IMG/VR virus record: IMGVR_UViG_3300042541_001626 | Coordinates: 1 to 55,829 of that record | Origin: a virus | Taxonomy: Duplodnaviria; Caudoviricetes | Length of the DNA: 55,829 nucleotides | Strand: one strand, 5' to 3' | Shown here: one piece after another, positions 46,548 to 55,829 of the stretch | Layout: the number at the start of each line of letters is the position of its first letter | Numbering within the stretch: position 1 is the stretch's first letter | Program-made: the position numbers and the translations under genes | The notes under the pieces: generated by a model | Databases searched by the model: none | Told to the model about the DNA's origin: nothing | What the model saw: the letters and a program-made list of their open reading frames with translations, nothing else

Positions 46548-47325
46548 CTGATGATATTTTTATAGTATTATCGTTATTTGTTTTAACTGTTTGAGCAATG
46601 TAAGCCACAATTTTTCTCTTGAATATAGGTATTAATGTTTCCTCTAATGGGAAAATTTCATCACAGAAAACTTCAAACAACGGATATTTATGAGTTCTAA
46701 CCTTCTCTTTGGTTGACAAAAAATTAAGAATAATATCATTAATTGTCAAATTATTTATATTTTCTTGATGGATTAATTTTAAGAACGTTTTGTCTTGACT
46801 ATCTATTTTAGAAACTTTTCTAGTGTGATACTTCCACACATATACTATCTCATGTGCTTTATAATAAAAAAACCCAGTCTTTGACTCTAAATTAATTCTA
46901 TTCTTCTTTACTTTAACATGTATTGAATCATAGACAATCGACCATATTGATTTAGTTATTCCAAAATAATCTTGTAATCTTGGGAGGCTATATTTAAGGA
47001 TTTTTCGATACTCCAAATATTCATCCTCCGCCATAATTGGTATATCCTTAAACTTAAGATCTGAAATTATTAATTCATCATCAAAGGAAGATAAAACTTT
47101 ATCTGTGTATAATATTTGATTTTGATTCATTAAAGTTTGGATGTTACCCAAATGTAATGATAATTCGGTGAACATAGGGTATACCTTCATCTCCTCAAGA
47201 TTTTTATTTAACTTTTGGAAATAGTTAAGGAGAATATATTGTTTTTGTTCAGAATCAATAATCCCTTCGAATAACCAATCGGTATCCATAACAAACTTTA
47301 CCTTATTTTTTTTAAGTGTACTCAT
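46534..47325 (-). CDS. Hypothetical protein
   Basis: DW..G.IDSEQKQYILL.Y..P.EETLIP.FKRK. Confidence 0.75.
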   Translation of the reverse strand: MSTLKKNKVKFVMDTDWLFEGIIDSEQKQYILLNYFQKLNKNLEEMKVYPMFTELSLHLGNIQTLMNQNQILYTDKVLSSFDDELIISDLKFKDIPIMAEDEYLEYRKILKYSLPRLQDYFGITKSIWSIVYDSIHVKVKKNRINLESKTGFFYYKAHEIVYVWKYHTRKVSKIDSQDKTFLKLIHQENINNLTINDIILNFLSTKEKVRTHKYPLFEVFCDEIFPLEETLIPIFKRKIVAYIAQTVKTNNDNTIKISSDGIQ

Positions 47326-47370
47326 TTTACTTGAAAAGTATAACTGAACTTTTTGGATAAATGAATAGAT

Positions 47371-48783
47371 CTATTGAGTTATCATTATATAGTATTCTTC
47401 ACCATTAAAACTTTCTGAGTCATATTGCCCATCATTACTGTTCATTATCCCCCATCCATCAGACTCTACCAATCCTTTAGCCAACTCATCTTCATCAATA
47501 AAGTCCTTGATTTCCAAACCATAGTCTCTAATAAACCTTATTGGATCTCTCCTTACATTACGAACGTAATTCTCCACAACACTATCAATCATGTCTTGAG
47601 TTGGTTCGGTATCGGGTTCAATACTATCTAACTCCTCTTGAGCGTTATCACTATTTTCTGTCGCATCATCAATTCTAAGTTGAAGTTCCTCTTGTTGTCG
47701 TTCATACTCATCTTCATTATCGGTGTCATACTCCATTGATGTTTGTTCTTCCTCTAACCCACTGATATAAGTTTGTAATTCTTCAATATAAGTTTCTAAT
47801 TGTTCTTGTCGTTCTTCTTGTTCCGTAGTTAATTCAAAATCATCATCATTAAAAAAACTTTCAGGACTGTTATGAACATCATCACTAATCAGTTCATCGG
47901 CGTAACTTATAAGATAGTCCTCGTCAATATAATCTTCAAGAAACGAATCTCTATACCCTTCAATACCACTATCATCTATAATTTCTTTAGCATAATTTAA
48001 CGCTCCGTCTTCCATTTCTGAATATGTACCAACAGAATATTCTCTATCATCTAAGTCACTTACACCAATAACCTCAAATTGTTCCATACCAAAGAACTTA
48101 TATTTGAGTGGGGACATATTATAAACATCCGTGCTATTTTCTTCCAAATCACTTATCTCTTCCTCAATCTCACTAATTCTATCATACAATTCACTAATTC
48201 TATCAGACTCCTCTTCTTTGTCGTACTCTTCAGTTAATTGCTCTAACTCAATCTTTAAATTGTTAAGGGTTTCTTTGTCTTCATCATCTAACTCTTTAAT
48301 ATCACCTCTACCCACTAACCATTCAAACAACGCGTTGGCTTTAAGACCTTCTTCGTCAGCGTTTTCAATTGACCACTCATCATTCAACCTTCTTTCATCT
48401 GCTTCGGCCATTTTTACAGCAAGTATATCCGCAAGCCTTTTTCTTTCAATAGGTGTACCTCCATCCCATATACGACCTGTTACTTTTATCCCTGAAATAG
48501 TTGATACGTTTGTTCGAGATATATCTAATCGACCATCAACATACCCAACATTACCTAAGGAATCTGTTGGTGTATTACTAAGCTCTACGTCTCCTGTTAT
48601 CCATAATGGTTTACCTTGAAACTTAGGTAACTTACTAATTCCTTTACCGTGGTATCCAGATAGTCTCATTAATTTCAAATATTCTTCTGGACTTATTTTA
48701 TAATATTCCCCCTCAACCTGTTCGACAATAGTCTTAATTATGTCACGTAATTTAGTCTCAGTTATTGTGATCTGTCTTTTCAT
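47371..48783 (-). CDS. Acidic coiled-coil protein with leader and a short LRR-like segment
   Basis: MKRQITITETKL leader; ITGDVELSNT..SLGNV..VDGRLDISRT. Confidence 0.75.
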   Translation of the reverse strand: MKRQITITETKLRDIIKTIVEQVEGEYYKISPEEYLKLMRLSGYHGKGISKLPKFQGKPLWITGDVELSNTPTDSLGNVGYVDGRLDISRTNVSTISGIKVTGRIWDGGTPIERKRLADILAVKMAEADERRLNDEWSIENADEEGLKANALFEWLVGRGDIKELDDEDKETLNNLKIELEQLTEEYDKEEESDRISELYDRISEIEEEISDLEENSTDVYNMSPLKYKFFGMEQFEVIGVSDLDDREYSVGTYSEMEDGALNYAKEIIDDSGIEGYRDSFLEDYIDEDYLISYADELISDDVHNSPESFFNDDDFELTTEQEERQEQLETYIEELQTYISGLEEEQTSMEYDTDNEDEYERQQEELQLRIDDATENSDNAQEELDSIEPDTEPTQDMIDSVVENYVRNVRRDPIRFIRDYGLEIKDFIDEDELAKGLVESDGWGIMNSNDGQYDSESFNGEEYYIMITQ

Positions 48784-48898
48784 ATTAATAAATACCTCGT
48801 AAGAATTAAAATATATAACATTTATTTACAAATTAAGATTATTGGAGATATTTATCTATATAATAAAACTAAAAATAAACCTTAAAAAATATTTTACC

Positions 48899-49051
48899 AT
48901 GGGATGTGGATGTAAAAACAAAAATAATGGAACTCAGGCTCAGCCAGCTCAAACGGCTCAACCTAGCCAACCACAACAACAACAAGTAAAAAACCCAACG
49001 ATTCAAGAGTCTATCAAGAAAGTTGTTGAGAAGTATTACAATAAGAAATAA
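48899..49051 (+). CDS. Small MGCGCK protein
   Basis: Start reassigned; Gln-rich. Confidence 0.65.
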   Translation: MGCGCKNKNNGTQAQPAQTAQPSQPQQQQVKNPTIQESIKKVVEKYYNKK

Positions 49052-49072
49052 GTGTGTTACATTATTAGAATT

Positions 49073-49098
49073 GAAGAGGGTTTATCCCTCTTTTTTTG
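49073..49098 (+). terminator. Intrinsic terminator
   Basis: GAGGG-TTTAT-CCCTC hairpin followed by a T-tract. Confidence 0.7.
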
Positions 49099-49149
49099 TT
49101 TAATCTATTTAACATTATTATTTTTTTAACTATTAATTTCACATAACAA

Positions 49150-49986
49150 ATGTGTATGAGATATATTAATCCAAATTCAAGAAGAGGTATTGTTAACAAA
49201 TTGGCCGACTACATTCTAAATCAAATAGATAAATCACAAAAAACCCGATTACAGGTGACCGATTTTAAAACATTTTATGTCGTAAACGGTAACACCAATT
49301 CCGATAAAGTGTTAGACTTATCAATAATTAAAGAATCTTTTTATAATGAAAATAAAGAGATTTTAACATCCTTGGGGATTAAACAGATTAACATTATTGA
49401 CATTATCGAGTATAAAGAACCTGTTAACCAATTAGATTATTGTTTCGATTTTTACAATAGTGACAGACCCTTATATCATCAAAGCACTATTAACGAACTA
49501 AGAAATGGGTTGGATAAACAATATAACCAAAACCACCTTAACTCAATTAACTATTCCGATCGAGTTGAGATTGAGTTTAGTTATCCTTATAACTACGCAA
49601 ACTTAAACACATTTAACTATACTGAATTTATGTCGGTTTCATCAGAATTCCCATATGGATATAGTTTAAACATGGGTAGATTAGAACTATATTACTCAGA
49701 ATATATCTGTAACCATTTATTTACCCCATTAATCACAAATAAAATAGAATTTACTCTAACAAAACAAAAAGATAGTGAGGACGATTTAATCATTTCGATT
49801 AATTCAAAATCAATATATAATAAAGACCAAATTAAATCATTGGTGTTAGATACCTTTGATTTTAACTTTGGTAAATTTCAAAGCGATTTCTTAGATAATT
49901 ATGACTTAACAAAAGAAATTGATTTCCAATTATCTTCTAAACCATGGATGGTTAAAGATAAGACCAAAGACATGGTCTTATTCTAA
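49150..49986 (+). CDS. Hypothetical protein (faint S-adenosylmethionine synthetase-like traces)
   Basis: GIVNKLADYIL; FPYGYS. Confidence 0.6.
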   Translation: MCMRYINPNSRRGIVNKLADYILNQIDKSQKTRLQVTDFKTFYVVNGNTNSDKVLDLSIIKESFYNENKEILTSLGIKQINIIDIIEYKEPVNQLDYCFDFYNSDRPLYHQSTINELRNGLDKQYNQNHLNSINYSDRVEIEFSYPYNYANLNTFNYTEFMSVSSEFPYGYSLNMGRLELYYSEYICNHLFTPLITNKIEFTLTKQKDSEDDLIISINSKSIYNKDQIKSLVLDTFDFNFGKFQSDFLDNYDLTKEIDFQLSSKPWMVKDKTKDMVLF

Positions 49987-50271
49987 TTATATCATGAATG
50001 ATCTTATAATTCCAACACCTTCAGTAATTTCATTAAAATCATTTTCAGGGGAAAATAAATACGACTTGGGGGTTTCACTCTCAGCATCTTCAATAATCAT
50101 AAATGCTGGAACATAATCATTTCCCGTTATTTCAACAAATATGTTATGTTCTTCTTCATATTCATTAACGTCTCGTTCATAATAATCAATATTCTCATTC
50201 ACTAATTGATCCTTCATCATATCACAATAGGGACAACCTTTCATGGTATATAATACTACTAAATTATTCAT
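49987..50271 (-). CDS. Glutaredoxin
   Basis: CPYC and VP motifs. Confidence 0.85.
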   Translation of the reverse strand: MNNLVVLYTMKGCPYCDMMKDQLVNENIDYYERDVNEYEEEHNIFVEITGNDYVPAFMIIEDAESETPKSYLFSPENDFNEITEGVGIIRSFMI

Positions 50272-50587
50272 TGATTAAATTATTTGCTAATTGTTTAATT
50301 TGTGTCTCTGTTTGTGAACCTACTTGAGTTCGTATTTCTTTACCACCTGAGAATAATTTGATGGTGGGAATTGACCGAATACCTAATTGAGAAGCGAATT
50401 CTTTATTTTCCTCAACATTTAATGTAAACAGTTGAACTTCCGAATTTTCATTTCTATAGTGTTCAGAAACTTTTTCAAAGTCTGGCTTCATTATGCTGCA
50501 GGGTCGGCACCACGGAGCCCAAAAGTCCACGATTAATTTTTCCCCATTTTCAATCTTTTGTTTTAATTCTTTTACCGTAATTTCCAT
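50264..50587 (-). CDS. Thioredoxin
   Basis: VDFWAPWCRPC; IRSIPT. Confidence 0.92.
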   Translation of the reverse strand: MEITVKELKQKIENGEKLIVDFWAPWCRPCSIMKPDFEKVSEHYRNENSEVQLFTLNVEENKEFASQLGIRSIPTIKLFSGGKEIRTQVGSQTETQIKQLANNLINE

Positions 50588-50592
50588 TTTTT

Positions 50593-50901
50593 CTATTTTA
50601 ACCTTTTTAACATTCCTATTGAGTATTTAGCAACCTCATACCTATCAATCGTTGTTAAGATAAATAGAGTCACCCCTTCTTTTATATATATCATAATACC
50701 ACTTGAATCATATAAAACAAATTTTTCTTTTACAATATTTTCACCGTCACCAATAGTTTCATTAACCCACACTAGTTCAGACTTACTTAAAAACTTATCA
50801 ACCAATTCTTTAGATTTTTGTGAATTAAATTCTATTATCGATGGGTAAGAATTAAAGTTATTAATAAAATTATCAATACAATGTTTTGGTATAGTTTCCA
50901 T
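50593..50901 (-). CDS. Hypothetical protein
   Basis: ORF. Confidence 0.65.
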   Translation of the reverse strand: METIPKHCIDNFINNFNSYPSIIEFNSQKSKELVDKFLSKSELVWVNETIGDGENIVKEKFVLYDSSGIMIYIKEGVTLFILTTIDRYEVAKYSIGMLKRLK

Positions 50902-50903
50902 AT

Positions 50904-52634
50904 TTAAAAAAGTAAGTCATTATAAACCACATCTCCAAACAAATCATGACGTGGGGTATCTTTAGGTCTATTTAATATTCTAGGATCAACCCACGATAAA
51001 GATCTATTTGATCCTAAATCATAATGGGGATATAAGGGTTCAATAAAATGAGATTCTGATCTATAATTTTTATAACCGATTGTTAAAATTATCTTAGGTA
51101 ATTCAAATAGTTTAGATAAAACGATCTTACCTATCTTTAAATCAAGAATAGATAAAGGTTTTTTCCACTCATCACCCAAACTACGATTAAACCTACCCAA
51201 TGTTTGAGTTCTCCTTAAACATACTTCTCCATTATTTTCATAAATATTAAACTCAATGGTTCCTCTCACTTTAGAATCTTGACACCCCTCTCTAAGAGAA
51301 ATAATTATTGACGAAGCTCTATCGACATACCCTTTCACACAATTAGATTGAATAAAGGATTCCATGTTATAGTCATCAGAAGTCTTTAATAAAATTGGAT
51401 AATAAACTATCCCATCAACATTAAGAGGTTCCTGAACTCGATTATTAAATTCCTCACCATAAATCCTCTCAAACGTCCCATTAGTATAAAAAGAAATTTT
51501 TTCTGTCAAAGACATATGTTCACTAGTAAAACTCTCATAATCATTACTCAACCATTTTATAGGTTCAAATTGTCGTAATTGATTTATCATTTTGAAATGA
51601 TCATAATACGTATTAACATCTATCTCTCCACGTAAAACTTGTCGGAATATTTCAAAGGAATTCTTTTTCTCGTTTTTTGATAATTCATCAGAGTATTTCA
51701 TCATCCCCCCATCAATGTATAAACTACATCCAATAATTTCTTTACTGAGACTGTCGTCTTGAGACGCAATAAAGTCTTCACCAAAAAATTTGTGAGTAAA
51801 CTTAAGGAATTCTATACCACTAACATTATTAACCTGATGTAAAACTCTCCTAATTTTATCTCCTTGTAATTCATGTACCGCCATAAACGCATCCATAAAT
51901 TTTAATTTATGTTTAACATAATCTTTCTTCTTAGGCTGAGGGTAAACATTAATGAATGATTTCCAATTATTTGGGGTTTTTATCTTATGACCATCTAAAT
52001 ATAATTTATACAATACCTCACTAGGTGTACACGTATTATATTTATCAGAATTAGGGATGTTATTAATAAATTGTGTTATAATATCATTCACAATAGAATT
52101 ATTAATTAATAATTCTGGTGTTTTTTCAAAAACACTCCTAACCATTGATGATATCATACTAACCATTCGACTAATCGAATCATCATAAAAACAATTTCTA
52201 TTAACCTTTTTACGGAAATTTCTTTTCTTATGATAATTCATAATATATCCCGAATACAAAGAATGGGTAATATAATTAAAGGTTATATACTGAACCTTAG
52301 TTGAAACTCTAAAATATTTTTTACCTTGTAATCGACTCCTTTGATATTCAAAAAACTTAATTGCAACTTTTTTATCATCTTTAGTCACAACAACTGTTGG
52401 TCGATAAAGCATGACAGACGCCAACGGATTACCATAGTTTTTAACAAATTCTTCTTCAGTGAACAATGACTTATCCAAGTCCCATCTAAGTTGTTTTTGA
52501 GTATACATCGGAACTGCCTCGAATGGATCCCGTTCTCCATTTTCCCCAATAATACCACCACAATCATAAACACTACTACCTTTAAAGATTGTTGTTGTAT
52601 AATCTGAATGGGTAAATTTATATACTTCCGCCAT
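50904..52634 (-). CDS. PcfJ-like domain protein
   Basis: ESFIQSNCVKGY..IISLR...RGTIE...Q..G.FN. Confidence 0.6.
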   Translation of the reverse strand: MAEVYKFTHSDYTTTIFKGSSVYDCGGIIGENGERDPFEAVPMYTQKQLRWDLDKSLFTEEEFVKNYGNPLASVMLYRPTVVVTKDDKKVAIKFFEYQRSRLQGKKYFRVSTKVQYITFNYITHSLYSGYIMNYHKKRNFRKKVNRNCFYDDSISRMVSMISSMVRSVFEKTPELLINNSIVNDIITQFINNIPNSDKYNTCTPSEVLYKLYLDGHKIKTPNNWKSFINVYPQPKKKDYVKHKLKFMDAFMAVHELQGDKIRRVLHQVNNVSGIEFLKFTHKFFGEDFIASQDDSLSKEIIGCSLYIDGGMMKYSDELSKNEKKNSFEIFRQVLRGEIDVNTYYDHFKMINQLRQFEPIKWLSNDYESFTSEHMSLTEKISFYTNGTFERIYGEEFNNRVQEPLNVDGIVYYPILLKTSDDYNMESFIQSNCVKGYVDRASSIIISLREGCQDSKVRGTIEFNIYENNGEVCLRRTQTLGRFNRSLGDEWKKPLSILDLKIGKIVLSKLFELPKIILTIGYKNYRSESHFIEPLYPHYDLGSNRSLSWVDPRILNRPKDTPRHDLFGDVVYNDLLF

Positions 52635-52734
52635 AATTAAATAAAATGTAAGGGGTATTATTAATTTGAAAAAACTTAAGTCGTCCCCTAAAGTTTAGGA
52701 CACAAAGATACACCTTTTTCTATATAAAACTAAC

Positions 52735-53025
52735 TTAATTCAGAAAAATTAAACCAAAGCTGGTTTTTTGGACAATTTTAGATAATACATTTGTATCATA
52801 ATCAATTGATTTGTCTTTCTTAATGTCAATAACAATATTAATAATCTGTTTCTGAGTTAATGAGACTTCTCCGCCCTGTTCACTATTCTTAATACACTGC
52901 TCCCTAACTTTTTCATAAAAAGTTTCTTTTAGTAAATCACCAATTAGATCAATTAAATCATTTGGATTCTTATCGAAGAATCCAATTAATTGATTTAAAT
53001 AGATCTCAACGTCAACATTCTTCAT
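52735..53025 (-). CDS. Hypothetical protein
   Basis: ORF. Confidence 0.7.
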   Translation of the reverse strand: MKNVDVEIYLNQLIGFFDKNPNDLIDLIGDLLKETFYEKVREQCIKNSEQGGEVSLTQKQIINIVIDIKKDKSIDYDTNVLSKIVQKTSFGLIFLN

Positions 53026-53050
53026 ATTTTTACTTTTTAATTAGAAATTC

Positions 53051-54451
53051 TTAAATAGCGTAATAAAACCCGTTTCCTTCATGACTTAATCTGGCCATTA
53101 AATCTTCAGGGATTTGAATATTAGGATTACTATTTTTCAAGTTAATGAACTCCAACGATTGAAGGTCTTTAATACTTGAAGGTAATGAATCTAAATGTTT
53201 GTTATCCGGTAACGCTAAGAAATTTAATTTAGTTAAATTACCAATACTTTCAGGTAATGACTTAACAATGTTTTGTAACAATAAAGCCTCTAATGATGTG
53301 AATCGACCTAACGACTCTGGCACATCCAACGCAATATCTTCTTTAGATTTATTATTAATTAATAAATGTTCAATATTTACAGGTAAACTTTCAAATAATT
53401 CGTCAAACCCGTATAACGCCACGAATTTACCCGCCGAACTATCAGGATAGTTAATTTCAACTTTATTACCACCTTTGTTAACCAAACCTTTTGCGAACTC
53501 AGGTTTAAAGAACTCTTTTAAATCAGACATAGGCCCGTTTAGGTACTCAACAAGATTGATTTGTCTATCATGTCTATCCATATATTGATTTGATGGGAAA
53601 TGGAATTGGAATCTCTCTTGAGGTAATCCTGTCTTTTTACCAACCAATCCTTTATCATCGTTAGGGAATATAACATATAATGGACCATCTTTAATATAAC
53701 CATCAAAATAAGTTAAACCAGGTGATGATGTACACCATCTTGATTCTCCTTGGTCATATTCGTGGAACCCACCATACCAAATAGCAGCATCTTTACCAAC
53801 TTGACCACCCTCCATAATACGAATCATAGTCCATTTTGGGCCTTCATATATTATTTCACCACCAGCGTGGTTAAAACCTTCTCTTGATTTCTTAACTTCT
53901 TTTTTCTCAAGTTTTGCTTGATTTTTTTCCGGTATTTGGAAATCCTTTAACGTGTCAAATAAAGTTCTTGGAGTAAACTTATTAATATCTCTCTGTTCTT
54001 GTGGTAAATATACCTTAGATCTTTCAAATTTCTTTAAATCATCCGTAGTCTTATATAAATCCTCAATGAACAATCGTTTAAACTCTATTGTTGCGTTTTT
54101 ATATGCTCTACCCGCACGGTCAACTTCTTGATCTTCAGGTAAACCCAATTCACTCTCATTTGGATTTATAAAATTTTTCAATAACCATTGAGCGTACTTA
54201 CCAACTTTGATTTTATCCATCTCAACTTCAGTTGCCGTATCAGGATTAAATCCTTCAGGAGCTTTAGTTGTTGGGTCAGCAAATATAATTGTTTTTAACG
54301 TGTCAAAATCCATCAAACCTTTTGATTTAGTTTTTTCCATTTCTGGACTAACAGGTTTTTTACTAACCTGAGGTTTAACTAATTTATCAAATAGAACTTG
54401 GAATCTTGATTGTTCCAAAATTAACTTAGATAATAGTGTCGTAATTCTCAT
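53051..54451 (-). CDS. Leucine-rich-repeat protein with an RWCT domain
   Basis: VPESLGRFTSLEAL.L / LPESIGNLTKLNFL.L / LPSSIKDLQSLEFINL; SRWCTS. Confidence 0.8.
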   Translation of the reverse strand: MRITTLLSKLILEQSRFQVLFDKLVKPQVSKKPVSPEMEKTKSKGLMDFDTLKTIIFADPTTKAPEGFNPDTATEVEMDKIKVGKYAQWLLKNFINPNESELGLPEDQEVDRAGRAYKNATIEFKRLFIEDLYKTTDDLKKFERSKVYLPQEQRDINKFTPRTLFDTLKDFQIPEKNQAKLEKKEVKKSREGFNHAGGEIIYEGPKWTMIRIMEGGQVGKDAAIWYGGFHEYDQGESRWCTSSPGLTYFDGYIKDGPLYVIFPNDDKGLVGKKTGLPQERFQFHFPSNQYMDRHDRQINLVEYLNGPMSDLKEFFKPEFAKGLVNKGGNKVEINYPDSSAGKFVALYGFDELFESLPVNIEHLLINNKSKEDIALDVPESLGRFTSLEALLLQNIVKSLPESIGNLTKLNFLALPDNKHLDSLPSSIKDLQSLEFINLKNSNPNIQIPEDLMARLSHEGNGFYYAI

Positions 54452-54506
54452 TTTATTGTTTTTTTTATTATATAAATATTCAGTGAAAAGAAATAATTCG
54501 TTTTTT

Positions 54507-55355
54507 CTAATAATTCATGATTAAAAGTTCCTCCCCCATTGTTTGAGGTTTACCTTTTTTCGCAGCCGCAGCTTTAGCAAATTCTTTTCGTTCCCAAGAA
54601 TATTGATCTTTGGGAAACCATTCGGATAATTGAGGGAAGTCATAATAAGATAAAGAAAACTTACCTTTTATATCCTTTAAACAAACGGCTAATCTTTCAT
54701 GATCCTCTCTATTAAAATCGTGATTAGAGTAATAAGCCCCTTCACCAACAATATAATAAGGTGGATCAACATAAAAATATGTTTTTGGATTGTCATATTT
54801 TTTAATAACATCCTCAAAATCCATATTTTCAACGTCACTTATTTTTAAAAAATGTTCAACGTAATTAGAATTACTTAATTTATTTTTAAATGAAGTGAAT
54901 TTAGAATGATATTTACCTTTTAAATTAATAAATTTTGATTTTTCAGGATTAGCCCCTGAAAATACTTGACTTAAAACGTAAGAGTATTTTGCCGCCACTT
55001 CATAATCACCAGGTTTTACGCTGAAATTTTCCTTAAATATTTCAGCCTGAAACCTTATAAATTGTTCTTCACAAATCGGATCAGTCGGAAAAACCCCTTT
55101 TTCTTGGACGATTAATTTTTCACATTCTTCTAAAAGTCTTTGTGGGTTTCTAATACAATGAAATAAATTATAATTTAAAGGATTAAAGTCATTATACACA
55201 ACTTTTTTAAGATTAGGGTAATCCTGTAAGTTCATTTTAAGAAATACCCAAAACATTCCGCTAAAGCTCTCAACGTAAGTTTCAATATCATTAGGGATGA
55301 ACGGGATAATAAACGAAGATATTTTTGATTTACCCCCAATATAACTTAATGCCAT
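54507..55355 (-). CDS. Dam-like DNA adenine methyltransferase (D12 class)
   Basis: YIGGKS, VYND, YVDPPY and ELLIMNY motifs. Confidence 0.9.
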   Translation of the reverse strand: MALSYIGGKSKISSFIIPFIPNDIETYVESFSGMFWVFLKMNLQDYPNLKKVVYNDFNPLNYNLFHCIRNPQRLLEECEKLIVQEKGVFPTDPICEEQFIRFQAEIFKENFSVKPGDYEVAAKYSYVLSQVFSGANPEKSKFINLKGKYHSKFTSFKNKLSNSNYVEHFLKISDVENMDFEDVIKKYDNPKTYFYVDPPYYIVGEGAYYSNHDFNREDHERLAVCLKDIKGKFSLSYYDFPQLSEWFPKDQYSWERKEFAKAAAAKKGKPQTMGEELLIMNY

Positions 55356-55506
55356 GTCATTTATTTTATTTAAAATTTATTATTTTTTTTAATAGGTTAG
55401 TTTCCTTTGATTAAATATAAGAATTAAATCCCAAAAAGGTAAATAATTTCCCCAAATTTATTGATAAAATTCCAAATCACCTATATTATTATATAAAAAG
55501 AAACAA

Positions 55507-55650
55507 ATGGAAAAAAAAGAAGGTTGTAAGACATGTAAAAAAGGATTATCAGGGAGTCATTGGTCAATGATTATATTATCATTTTACATTCTATTTGCCG
55601 CAATTTACGGTACAGTTAAATTAATTGGTGGAATGATGTCTAAGTTTTAG
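55507..55650 (+). CDS. Small CxxC membrane peptide (not in ORF track)
   Basis: MEKKEGCKTCKK followed by a TM helix. Confidence 0.55.
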   Translation: MEKKEGCKTCKKGLSGSHWSMIILSFYILFAAIYGTVKLIGGMMSKF

Positions 55651-55829
55651 ATCGTTTAAATTTTACAAATAACTTAACAAACAAATCCCCAACACCATTA
55701 CCATTAAACCCTTTTGATTTAACTCTTAAGGGTTTTGACGTATCAAAATCCTCGGGTAGTTTAATTGAAATGTTTCCTGATGGGTGAGGTATCTCTAAAG
55801 TATTCTTACTTAAATCTTCCAAAGTTAAA
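55640..55829 (-). CDS. DnaJ C-terminal domain (partial, runs off the window)
   Basis: IPHPSG.I.IKLP....KPLRVKSKG..GDLFVKL. Confidence 0.7.
   Translation of the reverse strand, partial: LTLEDLSKNTLEIPHPSGNISIKLPEDFDTSKPLRVKSKGFNGNGVGDLFVKLFVKFKRSKT

Noticed and set aside
1-55829. cas genes (cas1, cas2, cas9, cas13) for the arrays
   Set aside because: No ORF of suitable size or motif (no paired HEPN RxxxxH in a large protein, no Cas1 signature). The arrays are orphan within this window.
1-55829. Stop-codon reassignment, as seen in some large phages
   Set aside because: Recognisable genes are full length in the standard code, and TAA, TAG and TGA all end genes at sensible points.

Overview
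AT-rich, gene-dense segment of what looks like a large (jumbo) tailed phage of a Bacteroidetes host. Evidence: Bacteroidetes TAnnTTTG promoters, mostly short orphan genes, three DNA methyltransferases, two homing endonucleases, a DenV-like glycosylase, SmpB, thioredoxin/glutaredoxin and a DnaJ fragment. Standard genetic code. The main signal is a set of CRISPR-like arrays (36-nt repeat plus 30-nt unique spacer, 66-nt period, repeats ending ACAAC and resembling type VI-B/Cas13b direct repeats as I recall them). They sit in frame at the 3' ends of six protein genes from two families, so each repeat-spacer unit adds 22 aa with a variable 10-aa segment. No cas gene is visible. Also notable: a ~2 kb RNA cluster with four tRNA-like elements whose anticodon arms are replaced and a duplicated novel RNA scaffold; many genes with a TATTTAT upstream motif and a portable N-terminal (I/L)xE leader; and small-gene cassette runs joined by junction repeats. 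Product calls come from motif recognition only. No database searches were run.
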